Source: Candidatus Omnitrophota bacterium
Lineage (GTDB): Bacteria > Ratteibacteria > UBA8468 > MWAK01
Direction of reading: 5' to 3'
Length of the DNA: 64,000 bases
Assembly: GCA_043826355.1 (NCBI GenBank)
Contig: JBDRQI010000011.1
Location: 32,001 to 96,000 of the forward strand
A program made the translations under genes and the position numbers. The first letter of the stretch is position 1. Every line of letters begins with the position of its first letter. Positions 9,896 through 18,741 of the stretch are shown here, piece after piece. The notes below the pieces were generated by a model, which worked only from the letters and a program-made list of their open reading frames with translations, searched no databases and was not told where the DNA came from.

Positions 9896-10999
9896 CTAAT
9901 TAAAAAGATTATGGACAGAATCAATGAATGCTTCGATGTTCTTCTTTGGCGTTCCGGGAAGTATTGTCGCATCGGCTTGTCCAAAGATGTGTCTTCTTTC
10001 CCTTGTTGCCAGGTTAAGATTTTTAACATACTCCGCTATTTCAGCAGGAATTCCATCCTTTAAAGTTTGCAACGGAATATTTCCTTTACTTATAACCGTT
10101 TTAGAAAGAAACGAGAGCGTTTTTTTGAGGTCGGTTATATTTCCGCATGGGGGTGTGGAGCATCCTTCGTAGATATCCGGTTTGAGACGGTCCATTATGC
10201 CTGATTCTATTATATCCCTGGAATAGCCGCACATGTGATAAAGTGAATACGCTTTGTTCCGCCTAATCCTATCTGTTATTTGTGACACATAAGGAATAAT
10301 TGCTTCCTCGAATATCCAGGGTGAAAGTAGCTCAAGGCCCGCAGACCCCATTGAGAATACTTTGATGCCAAGAGATGATAAGAAATCGATCAGCTTAAGA
10401 TATACATCCAGGATACCGTCCATGCTTTCACGGTATCTCTTTTGGAAATCATAGTAAAATAAAGACATATTTTTGTATTCAATCAGATAGTAAGATTCAA
10501 ACGGGATAAGTAATGTAGCCGCAGGCAGGCGTCCGATTTGGTTAACTTTTTCGATACGTGGTTTTAATATTGATTCTAACCTCTTGAAATTTAAAGAAAT
10601 CATACGGGTGTAATAGTCAATCAGGCCAAAATCTTCTTCTCCTTTGACCGGCCCTTCAAGCTGTTGGTCGATGAGGCCGCGCCGGGTCCCAATAATTCTT
10701 TCTGCCTTTTTCTTGTCCCCGAAAGCAATCTCTTCTTTGTAAAATTTTTCGGAGCCGTTATCTTTTACGAGTTTTTTATCCCAGCGAAGTTCCGGTATAA
10801 TTTTCTCAAAAGAACTAAAACATGAAATCCATGAATCTGTTTTAAAATTATTATGAAAATTAACTATGTCTTCAAAGGTCACCCGGTATGTTTCCTTTGA
10901 AAAAAATTCACCCACATAAGATGACGGGTCGATGATTACAAACTCATTTTTCTTATACCCGCCCTCCAGAAACATAACAAACTTTTCGATTCTTTCCAT
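9896..10999 (-). CDS. Uroporphyrinogen decarboxylase / cobalamin methyltransferase (URO-D/MtaA) superfamily protein
   Basis: LSPWIFEE..PY, YHMCG, GNIP...L..G, PGTPKKNIEAF; visibly AT-rich. Confidence 0.75.
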   Translation of the reverse strand: MERIEKFVMFLEGGYKKNEFVIIDPSSYVGEFFSKETYRVTFEDIVNFHNNFKTDSWISCFSSFEKIIPELRWDKKLVKDNGSEKFYKEEIAFGDKKKAERIIGTRRGLIDQQLEGPVKGEEDFGLIDYYTRMISLNFKRLESILKPRIEKVNQIGRLPAATLLIPFESYYLIEYKNMSLFYYDFQKRYRESMDGILDVYLKLIDFLSSLGIKVFSMGSAGLELLSPWIFEEAIIPYVSQITDRIRRNKAYSLYHMCGYSRDIIESGIMDRLKPDIYEGCSTPPCGNITDLKKTLSFLSKTVISKGNIPLQTLKDGIPAEIAEYVKNLNLATRERRHIFGQADATILPGTPKKNIEAFIDSVHNLFN

Positions 11000-11090
11000 A
11001 TCTCCTTCGTAAGGCCGCCGGGTCTGCCAAAATACACCTATCGGGACTGTTGTTTGCGAAATTTAGACACCGCAATTGCCAAAAAGTTCC

Positions 11091-12410
11091 CTACTGTTTT
11101 CTAATCATTTTGAAAATTACCGTTGGTTTTGCGGTCACAACCTGGAACTGATAAAGCGGCAGTGGCGGATTTTTACGCGTCAAAGAAGTTTCTTCACACA
11201 CAATAATCATTTCATCCTTGTTTTCTTCCGCTTTGGTAATGGTATATTCCAATTTGTCATCCTGGCTGATGATTACAACCACCATTTTGCTGTTAAAATC
11301 CACCTCCGGTAAAAACGCCGTGATGTTCCGGCCGGCGTTTTGCAAACGCCAGATATTTGCCCACTCTTTTTCATTTCTGATGATGGTGTGGGGCGGTGGA
11401 GTCCGACGCGAAAATTCGGCCTCCAGGAAACTTAATGTCTTTCCGGAAATAGTGGATTGTCTCGTTGACGCCGTCCTGTTTTTAGGCGCGCCCGGCGGCG
11501 CGACTAATCTGTTTTGAAGAGTTGGTTTTGGGTAAAAGACGATGAACAGGATTAAAATCAAAACAGCGCTTCCCAGACCGTAGGAAATATGCCTGAGACG
11601 GTATCGCGGGCCGGTCTTTCGCGCCACCATTTTTTTTGCCGCCTTCAATATCCCGGCTTCAAAATTATCCGGAGGTTTTACCGGATCAGTTTCGGCCAGG
11701 ATTTTTTGGACGGTTTTCATCTCCTGGAAAATTTTCCGGCATTCAGCGCAATCTTTCAGGTGTTTTTGAAGATTTTCCTCGACGCTTGGAAGCAGGAGGT
11801 TGTCCAACCGGGCGGAAAAAAATTCGCTGTTTTCATGATAGTCCTGAGCAATGTTTATCGGATTCTTCAGGTCCGAGAGAATATTTGCATACAGTTGTTT
11901 TCTGGCTTGAGCCAAACGCGATTTAACCGCGAGGTAGCGGCATTTTAAAATACAGGCGATTTCCAAATATGATTTACCCTCCGTATCCTTGAGTACAATG
12001 ATAAAGTTATCGGGCGGTGCCAGACCGGCGAGCCCTTTTTGGATCAGCTGAAATTGTTCTTTCTTTCCGATTTCATTCAGAGTAATTAGCTGGTTAGCCG
12101 CAACTGCCTCAGAGCCAGTCGGAACTGAATGACGGAACGGACGCGCCGGATACCTTGTTCGGCGCCTGGACCTGTTTTTCCAGACGTCAAAAGTGGCGTG
12201 GCAGAGAAAGATATAAATCTGAAAACTGTTTTCAAAACGACGGTAATTTTTCAGAGTTTTCAGAAATGCCGCCCGGGTGAGCTCTTCTGCCTCTTCTCTG
12301 TCCTGGCATAAATGATAAGCCAGGTTGAAGATGTTGCTGCCTTCCTGGTGAACGGCTGCCTCCAGAAACCAGTACGGGTCAACGTCAAAATTTCTATTTT
12401 TTCTAATCAT
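11091..12410 (-). CDS. ECF sigma factor fused to zf-HC2 anti-sigma domain, TM helix and extracytoplasmic (PrcB C-terminal-like) domain
   Basis: Degenerate sigma2 (IFNLAYHLCQDREEAEEL), sigma4 (SYLEIA..L....AVKSRLAQAR), HLKDCAEC, TM GSAVLILILFIVFY, LPEVDFNSKMVVVI. Confidence 0.7.
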   Translation of the reverse strand: MIRKNRNFDVDPYWFLEAAVHQEGSNIFNLAYHLCQDREEAEELTRAAFLKTLKNYRRFENSFQIYIFLCHATFDVWKNRSRRRTRYPARPFRHSVPTGSEAVAANQLITLNEIGKKEQFQLIQKGLAGLAPPDNFIIVLKDTEGKSYLEIACILKCRYLAVKSRLAQARKQLYANILSDLKNPINIAQDYHENSEFFSARLDNLLLPSVEENLQKHLKDCAECRKIFQEMKTVQKILAETDPVKPPDNFEAGILKAAKKMVARKTGPRYRLRHISYGLGSAVLILILFIVFYPKPTLQNRLVAPPGAPKNRTASTRQSTISGKTLSFLEAEFSRRTPPPHTIIRNEKEWANIWRLQNAGRNITAFLPEVDFNSKMVVVIISQDDKLEYTITKAEENKDEMIIVCEETSLTRKNPPLPLYQFQVVTAKPTVIFKMIRKQ

Positions 12411-12627
12411 GACGTTAAGAAAAATTTGTTATACACTCCCGCCTTATTCCCCTTTTTTGGTTTCATGATCTGAGACTAATTTTCGTCCGCCCGCAGTCAA
12501 AATTTCTCTTTAAGAACAAATTCGGCAACTGTAGATATAAGTATAGCATAAAAATGCTGGCGGGAAAAAGATTTTTTATTCTAATTTCTTGCTTCTGCCG
12601 GCTGTCTGCTGTAAAATATTGCGGTAG

Positions 12628-13395
12628 ATGGAAAAAAAAAGAACCGGATTGATTGCCTGCGAAATTTTTTTCCGCGAGATTGCCTATTTTGCAGCCCGGG
12701 GGCCGCAGGTGATTGACGCGGTCTTTTTACCTAAGGGTCTGCACGATTTAGGCGGGGACAAGATGCGGGAAACCATTCAGGCGGAAATAGACAAGATGCA
12801 GGAGAAGGATTATACACGCATTATCCTGGGTTATGCGCTCTGCAATAACGGTATCGTCGGATTAACCGGGAGGCGTTTTTCCCTGGTTGCCCCCAGGGCA
12901 CATGATTGCATTGCCGTATTTATGGGTTCCCGGGAACGATACCAGGACTATTTCTTTGCCAATACCGGGACCTATTTTCACACCACAGGCTGGCTGGAAA
13001 GAGGTACGCCGGAAGGGGGCGGGGTAACCACTAAATACTTTGATTCTCAGTTGGGGCCAATGAATCTGCGGCAGAGCCTGGAAGATCTTATCGCTAAATA
13101 CGGAGAGGAGAACGGATTTTACCTCCACCAGATACTGGACCCGGAGAAGAACTATCACAAGATTTTATACATTACCTTGCCTTTACCGGGATTGCCGGAT
13201 TACCGTGACCTTTCTCGGGAAACAGCACAAGATAAAGGTTGGGAATGGGAGGAGATGACCGGAGACAGCAGTTTTTTGAAACAACTGATTGAAGGTCCTT
13301 ACCCGGAGAGGGATTTTCTGGTGGCGAAACCGGGGCAAAGGATTGTAGCGACCAACGGCGAAAAAATTATCGGGTCTGTTTCAATAAAAACCTGA
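12628..13395 (+). CDS. DUF1638-like protein
   Basis: IAC, LPKGLHD, LGYALCNNGI, PRAHDCI..F.GS motifs. Confidence 0.75.
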   Translation: MEKKRTGLIACEIFFREIAYFAARGPQVIDAVFLPKGLHDLGGDKMRETIQAEIDKMQEKDYTRIILGYALCNNGIVGLTGRRFSLVAPRAHDCIAVFMGSRERYQDYFFANTGTYFHTTGWLERGTPEGGGVTTKYFDSQLGPMNLRQSLEDLIAKYGEENGFYLHQILDPEKNYHKILYITLPLPGLPDYRDLSRETAQDKGWEWEEMTGDSSFLKQLIEGPYPERDFLVAKPGQRIVATNGEKIIGSVSIKT

Positions 13396-14227
13396 TGGCC
13401 GGTGGTATCTTTTCCAATAAGTCTTCGGCCAGAAGAGACGGTTCGCTTTTCTCCCGGCTTGCCAGGTCCCCGGCCAGACCGTGCAGGTAAACTCCCAGCG
13501 AAGCAGCGGAAAAGGCCGGCAGTCCCTGAACCAACAGCCCGGCGATGAGCCCGGCCAGTACGTCACCGCTTCCGGCAGTCGCCAGGCCCGGGTTTCCGGT
13601 AAAATTGAGATATAGAGAACCATCCGGTGAGGCCACCACCGTCTGATACCCTTTTAGGACCGTAATGGTGTTGTATTTCCGGCTGAAACGCAAGGCGGTT
13701 TCCTTTCGCGATTTTTGTATTTTTTCAATCTTCAGTCCGGTCAGTCCGGCCATTTCACCGGGGTGAGGCGTCATGATTACCGGCGCTTTTACTCCTCTTA
13801 AAATCTCCGGTTTTCCTCTTAATGCGTTAAGCCCGTCAGCATCCATAACAATCGGTTTTTCCAATCCGTTAAGCAATTTGGCAATAAATCCGGGAATTGA
13901 TTTTTTGTGTCCCAAACCCGGTCCAACCAGCAGGCCGTCGGTTTTGGGGATAAAGCCCTGAATCAGAGGTAAACTTTGCGGGGAGAGGACATTTTCCTTT
14001 TCCGGAAGGGGCAAAAACATTAATTCTATGAAGCGGCTGGCCAAAATGGGATAGAGACCGGCGCCAATCGCTAATGTAACCAGGCCGGCGCCGGAGCGCA
14101 GAGCCGAAGTTGCAGCCAGTCCGGCGGCTCCGGTCATTCCCGGAGAACCGGCAACCACCAATAAATGTCCGAACTTACCTTTGTGGGCATCTCTTGGCCG
14201 CTTGCGCAGAATTTCAACCCCATCCAT
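13367..14227 (-). CDS. nnrD: ADP-dependent NAD(P)H-hydrate dehydratase
   Basis: HKGKFG, VGPGLG, DADGLN, TPHPGEM, LATAGSGDVLAG. Confidence 0.93.
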   Translation of the reverse strand: MDGVEILRKRPRDAHKGKFGHLLVVAGSPGMTGAAGLAATSALRSGAGLVTLAIGAGLYPILASRFIELMFLPLPEKENVLSPQSLPLIQGFIPKTDGLLVGPGLGHKKSIPGFIAKLLNGLEKPIVMDADGLNALRGKPEILRGVKAPVIMTPHPGEMAGLTGLKIEKIQKSRKETALRFSRKYNTITVLKGYQTVVASPDGSLYLNFTGNPGLATAGSGDVLAGLIAGLLVQGLPAFSAASLGVYLHGLAGDLASREKSEPSLLAEDLLEKIPPAIRFLLKQTR

Positions 14228-14230
14228 GAT

Positions 14231-14608
14231 TTATAGTTTTTCTATCAAGCAAAAAGCGATGGCGTAGTCTCCGGAATGAGAGAGGGAAACGGATGCGCAG
14301 AAACCATTTTCTTTCAGGGTTTTTCCGGCTGTTCCGGAAAAACGGAAATAGGGTTGGCCGCCCGGGCTGTTAAGTACTTCTATTTCCCGCCAGCGTATTC
14401 CCCCCCGGTTTTCCCGCTGTAACGCTTTTAAAAACGATTCCTTGGCGGCAAACTTACCGCTGTAATGGACTGCCGGGGTACGCTTCTTTTCGCAAATTTG
14501 CTGTTCCGCTTCGGTAAAGATGTGGTCTTTAATCCGTCCGCCGAAACGCTTCAGCGTTCCGGACATGTGGACGATTGAAACGATGTCAACGCCGATTCCG
14601 GAAACCAT
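14231..14608 (-). CDS. acpS: Holo-ACP synthase
   Basis: GIGVDIV, FAAKESFLKAL, SLSHS. Confidence 0.93.
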   Translation of the reverse strand: MVSGIGVDIVSIVHMSGTLKRFGGRIKDHIFTEAEQQICEKKRTPAVHYSGKFAAKESFLKALQRENRGGIRWREIEVLNSPGGQPYFRFSGTAGKTLKENGFCASVSLSHSGDYAIAFCLIEKL

Positions 14609-14637
14609 AGGGGCTGTTAAAGAATAAAATGAACCCC

Positions 14638-14889
14638 TTAAGCGGTTTGAATTGAAATCAACTTCCGGCCGCGTCTGTTTTCAAACGTAACCTTTCCGGC
14701 TGAAAGGGCAAAGATGGTGAAATCGGTGCCCATTTTGGTATGCGAGCCAGGTTTGAAATGGCTGCCCCGCTGGCGTACGATTATCTCGCCGGCCGAGACA
14801 ACCTGTCCGCCGTAACGTTTGACGCCCAGGCGCCTGCCGGCGCTGTCGCGTCCATTTTTAACTGACCCCCCGCCTTTTTTTGTCGCCAT
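14638..14889 (-). CDS. rpmA: 50S ribosomal protein L27
   Basis: KKGGGS.KNGRDS.GRRLGVK, IIVRQRG. Confidence 0.97.
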   Translation of the reverse strand: MATKKGGGSVKNGRDSAGRRLGVKRYGGQVVSAGEIIVRQRGSHFKPGSHTKMGTDFTIFALSAGKVTFENRRGRKLISIQTA

Positions 14890-14927
14890 AGTACACTCCT
14901 TTTTTAAACAAGCAATTATGTAGTATT

Positions 14928-14949
14928 GTAGCGGTGCGATTTATCGCAC
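14928..14949 (+). repeat. Family C single GTAG-type REP
   Basis: GTAG-CG-GTGCGAT-TT-ATCGCAC hairpin. Confidence 0.7.
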
Positions 14950-14966
14950 GTATTGTAGTGTTCTGA

Positions 14967-15100
14967 AAGTGGGCGAGACAGGACTTGGCGCCGTTCGGCT
15001 TTCACTGCGCCTCAGGTCGGCCCCCCGCTGGTATTGCTCCTTAATCAGTCGCAATATACCTGACTTCGCTCCTTTCAAGTCCTGTCTTCAGGATGCTTAG
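14967..15100 (-). other. tRNA-linked structured element (family T), copy 1
   Basis: 21-nt direct repeat of tRNA-Val 3' end region (14967-14987 = 15101-15121), 14-nt inverted copy (15074-15087), core shared with 46561-46643. Confidence 0.85.
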
Positions 15101-15103
15101 AAG

Positions 15104-15176
15104 TGGGCGAGACAGGACTTGAACCTGTGGCCTTTCGGATGTAAGCCGAATGCTCTGCCAGCTGAGCTACTCGCCC
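15104..15176 (-). tRNA. tRNA-Val(TAC)
   Basis: Cloverleaf GGGCGAG/CTCGCCC, anticodon arm TTCGG-CTTACAT-CCGAA, GGTTCAAGTCC; CCA not encoded. Confidence 0.96.
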
Positions 15177-15192
15177 CTTAATATATTTTACC

Positions 15193-16545
15193 CTATTTTA
15201 ACGAGGCGAGCAATTCGGTGAAGAAGGATTGGATTTCGTGAAGCCGCTTTTCCGTGTCTGCCTCAAAACGCAGTACCAGCGCCGGTTGGGTATTTGAAGC
15301 GCGTACCAGGCCCCAGCCGTCCTCAAAATAGACCTTCACGCCGTCTATGTCAGATATTTTATATTTGCTGGAAATTTTTTCTTTCAGCCGTTCCACCAGG
15401 ACAAACTTTTTTTCGTCCGGCACTTCCATGCGAATTTCCGGGGTGGCGTGGTATTGTTTAAGCCGCCCCAGGAGGGAGGACAGGTTTTCTTTACGCCGGG
15501 ACAAGTATTGCAGGACGCGTCCGGACGCATAGATAGCGTCGTCAAATCCGTACCAGTGGTCGCCGAAATAGAGGTGACCGGAAAGTTCACCGGCTACTTT
15601 GGCGCCCACCTCATGCATCTTGTCTTCAATCAGGGAATGGCCGGTCTTCCACATCAGCGGTTTTCCGCCCAGTCGGGTAATCTCCTCCTCCAGCGCCTTA
15701 CTGCACTTAACGTCAAAGACAATGGTTGCGCCCGGATTTTCAGAGATAATTTCTTCGGAAAGAAGCGCCAGTATTTTGTCTCCCCAGACCAGGTTGCCCT
15801 GCTCGTCGCAGAGCCCGATTCGGTCTCCGTCTCCGTCGATGCCGATGCCTAATTCCGCGCCGCTCTCTTTAACCTTTGCCGCCAGGTCGGCCATGTTTTT
15901 CGGCACGACCGGATCGGCCAGATGGTGGGGGAAAGTATTATCGCTGTTGCAGTAAAGCGGGATTACTTCGGCCCCCAGTCCAATCAGCGCCGGAAGGGCG
16001 ACCGGGCCCGCGGTTCCGTTTCCGCAGTCCAGGACCACTTTTAGCGACCGGTCTAACTGAAAGGCCTTTTTAATTGCCGCCAGATAATCAGGCACAACTT
16101 CTATTTGTGTAAATCCCCCGTTTCCGGACGGGAATTTTCCCGATTCCATTAATTCCCGGATTTCCTGGATTTGCAGGCCGAATATGCTCTGGCGGTTAAC
16201 CAGCAGTTTAAAGCCGTTATAAGCAGGAGGATTGTGGCTGGCGGTCACCATAATTCCGGCTGGCAAGGAAAGTTTATGGCTGGCGAAATAGAACGTCGGC
16301 GTTGGAACCTCTCCGAGAAAGATAACGTCGGCTCCGCTTTGCCGCAGGCCTGCCATCAAACGCTCGCTGAAGAGGGGAGAGGTGGCGCGGTTATCGTGTC
16401 CGACCAGCACCTTTTTGGCGGCGCCTTTTTTTTCAAGGTAAACGACAAATGCCTGGCCCAGGCCAAAGGCAAAATCAGCGGTCAGCTCGGTATTTGCCAG
16501 GCCGCGCAAATCATATTCCCGGAAAATTGTTTTAGGTATTTTCAT
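15193..16545 (-). CDS. Phosphomannomutase/phosphoglucomutase
   Basis: FREYDLRG, TASHNP, DGDGDRIG, GELSGH, VRASNT. Confidence 0.93.
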   Translation of the reverse strand: MKIPKTIFREYDLRGLANTELTADFAFGLGQAFVVYLEKKGAAKKVLVGHDNRATSPLFSERLMAGLRQSGADVIFLGEVPTPTFYFASHKLSLPAGIMVTASHNPPAYNGFKLLVNRQSIFGLQIQEIRELMESGKFPSGNGGFTQIEVVPDYLAAIKKAFQLDRSLKVVLDCGNGTAGPVALPALIGLGAEVIPLYCNSDNTFPHHLADPVVPKNMADLAAKVKESGAELGIGIDGDGDRIGLCDEQGNLVWGDKILALLSEEIISENPGATIVFDVKCSKALEEEITRLGGKPLMWKTGHSLIEDKMHEVGAKVAGELSGHLYFGDHWYGFDDAIYASGRVLQYLSRRKENLSSLLGRLKQYHATPEIRMEVPDEKKFVLVERLKEKISSKYKISDIDGVKVYFEDGWGLVRASNTQPALVLRFEADTEKRLHEIQSFFTELLASLK

Positions 16546-16562
16546 TTTTTATTTAAAAAATT

Positions 16563-16726
16563 TGTCATTCCCGAATGTATTAATCGGGAATCTAAATCTT
16601 TTTGGTATAGATACCCGCTTATTCGCCTGGGCGTCGCCTGAGACTTCGGCGCACTCTGGCGAGGCGAAGCCTGGGCTCGTCTGGACGAAGTCTGGCCGAC
16701 CTGACCGGCTATCCGCGGGTATGACA
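16563..16726. repeat. Family B element (TGTCATTCCCG..CGGGAATCT / ATACCCGC..GCGGGTATGACA) with nested family F element at 16623-16673
   Basis: Inverted terminal hairpins; nested 51-mer matches the reverse complement of 23337-23387 at 50/51. Confidence 0.8.
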
Positions 16727-16757
16727 GATTTTTGTTAATGTTTCTATACTTAAAATT

Positions 16758-17900
16758 TCAGTACGCTGCCTGATAGATGCGCAGCAAATCCTCTTTGGTC
16801 ACAGGTTTTGGCGTATTGGCGACGGGAACCGCTACTGCCCACGCTTCTTCCACCATCTTTTCAAAATCACTCTTTTGAACCTTAAAATCTGCCAGCCGTT
16901 TTTGGAAACCGATTTTCTTCTCGAAAGCGAAAAGAAATTTTATCGCCTCTTCGGCCTCTTCTTTTGCGGAACGCCCTTGAGATACTCCAAAAGCAGAAGC
17001 CAGCCGGGCCAGTTTTTCCGCCGCAAAAGGAAGAATTTCTGCTGCTACGTAAGGCAGCAGGAGTCCGTTGGCGACACCGTGGCTGATGCCGTATCTGGCG
17101 CCCAGCGGATAGGAAAGAGAATGACCGACGATTACGCCGGCGTTGGCCAGGCTGATTCCCCCCAGCAGACTGCCCAGCATGGTTTTGGTCCGCGCTTCAA
17201 GGTTTTGGCCGTCGGACACCGCCGTCGGGAGTCCGTCAACCAAGAGTGCTGCCGCCTGCAGGGAAAGCGGCTCAGTCAGCGGATTGCTGTTTTTAGACAG
17301 GAATGATTCGATTGCGTGGGTCAGCGCGTCAAGTCCGGTGGCGCGCGTCGGTTCCGCCGGCAGGCCCAGGAGTAAGACCGGGTCAAGAATGGCTGCTGCC
17401 GGAATGATATACGGACTGTTAATTCCGCCCTTGCGTCCCTGGTGAACCAGGACCGCAGTTTGGGTCAATTCGCTTCCGGTGCCGGCGGTGGTCGGTATCA
17501 TAATTCCGGGTATTGCTTTACGGGTCAAAAGGTTTTGGCCCCGGTATTTTTCCGAACTGCCCGGATTGGTTATCAGCCCGGCAACCGCTTTGGCGGTATC
17601 CATGGCACTTCCGCCTCCAATACCGATGACCAGGCCCGGTTTTTCTTTCCGGGCGAAATCCGCCATTGCATCAACCGTTTGAACCGTTGGCTCTCCGGGT
17701 GTAATTTCACAGGGAATTGTTTTCCAACCCGCCAGCAGTCTTTCCACGCGGGGCCAGATTTGCGGTTTTACTGCCGGGTCCATCACTATCAGAACGTTCC
17801 CCCCGGTCAGAAAGAAACTGACTTCTTCCGGCAGGAGGTCAAACTTTCCCGTTCCGAAGATTACTTTCGGCGGTATCCGAAAAACAAAATCATTCTTCAT
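16758..17900 (-). CDS. Iron-containing alcohol dehydrogenase
   Basis: GGGSAMDTAK, PTTAGTGSE, DALTHAIES, HGVANG. Confidence 0.92.
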   Translation of the reverse strand: MKNDFVFRIPPKVIFGTGKFDLLPEEVSFFLTGGNVLIVMDPAVKPQIWPRVERLLAGWKTIPCEITPGEPTVQTVDAMADFARKEKPGLVIGIGGGSAMDTAKAVAGLITNPGSSEKYRGQNLLTRKAIPGIMIPTTAGTGSELTQTAVLVHQGRKGGINSPYIIPAAAILDPVLLLGLPAEPTRATGLDALTHAIESFLSKNSNPLTEPLSLQAAALLVDGLPTAVSDGQNLEARTKTMLGSLLGGISLANAGVIVGHSLSYPLGARYGISHGVANGLLLPYVAAEILPFAAEKLARLASAFGVSQGRSAKEEAEEAIKFLFAFEKKIGFQKRLADFKVQKSDFEKMVEEAWAVAVPVANTPKPVTKEDLLRIYQAAY

Positions 17901-17961
17901 CTTCAGGACTCCTTATGCCGGCTATTTTACCATATTTCACAAATCCGTTGTATAAAATGCA

Positions 17962-18741
17962 TTAAATGCTTGTATTCAGCAGGGAGGCAAGGGCAACCGC
18001 CGGATTTTCCTGGCGCAAAAGGGATTCTCCGACCAGGAAGGCCGATGCTCCCCGCCGGGAAAGTTCCCGTATTTCTGTTTTGGTTTTCAGCCCGCTTTCC
18101 ACTATTTTTATTTTTTCTTTTGGTATTAGGGGCAGAATACGGCGGCTGACATTAAGGTCGGTTTGGAGGGTAGCCAGATTCCGGTTATTGATTCCGATAA
18201 TCTCTGCGCCGATAGAAAGGGCGTCCGCCAGCTCCGTTTCGCTGTGAATTTCTACCAGCGCTGAAAGTTTCAGGGACAGCGCCAGAGAGAAGAGTTCCTG
18301 CAGGGTCTGGCGGTTGTGGAGCGCAACAATCAATAGAACGGCGTCGGCTCCGTTGGCGCGGGCTTCGTAAATCTGATAGGGAAGCAGGATGAAATCTTTC
18401 TGGAGAATGGGTATATTTATTGATTTCCGGACAACGGCCAAGTCGGCAAGACTTCCCCGGAAGTGGTCTTTTTCGGTTAGGACCGAGATAGCGGTTGCCC
18501 CGGCTTCCTGGTAGCTTTGGGCGAGAGCGCCCGGAGAAAGTTCCGGTCGCAAAAGACCGGCTGAAGGCGAGGCGCGCTTGATTTCAGCAATGATGCGCAG
18601 TCTTTTTTTAGCGGAGAGGGCTGCGGTAAAGTTGCGCGGTTCGGGCAGACCGGCAATTTCATTTTCCAGGATGACCAGGGGCTTCTTTCGGGCTCTTTCC
18701 CTGGCGCCGGTCCTGACCCCGGCAATAATGGAACTAAGCAT
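17962..18741 (-). CDS. trpC: Indole-3-glycerol phosphate synthase
   Basis: IAEIKRASPS, ISVLTE, KDFI, GINNRNL, ESG. Confidence 0.95.
   Translation of the reverse strand: MLSSIIAGVRTGARERARKKPLVILENEIAGLPEPRNFTAALSAKKRLRIIAEIKRASPSAGLLRPELSPGALAQSYQEAGATAISVLTEKDHFRGSLADLAVVRKSINIPILQKDFILLPYQIYEARANGADAVLLIVALHNRQTLQELFSLALSLKLSALVEIHSETELADALSIGAEIIGINNRNLATLQTDLNVSRRILPLIPKEKIKIVESGLKTKTEIRELSRRGASAFLVGESLLRQENPAVALASLLNTSI

Noticed and set aside
14967..15121. attL/attR of a prophage or genomic island at tRNA-Val (also at tRNA-Met)
   Set aside because: Only ~110 bp lie between the repeats, with no integrase or cargo; the inverted copy is not explained by simple integration.
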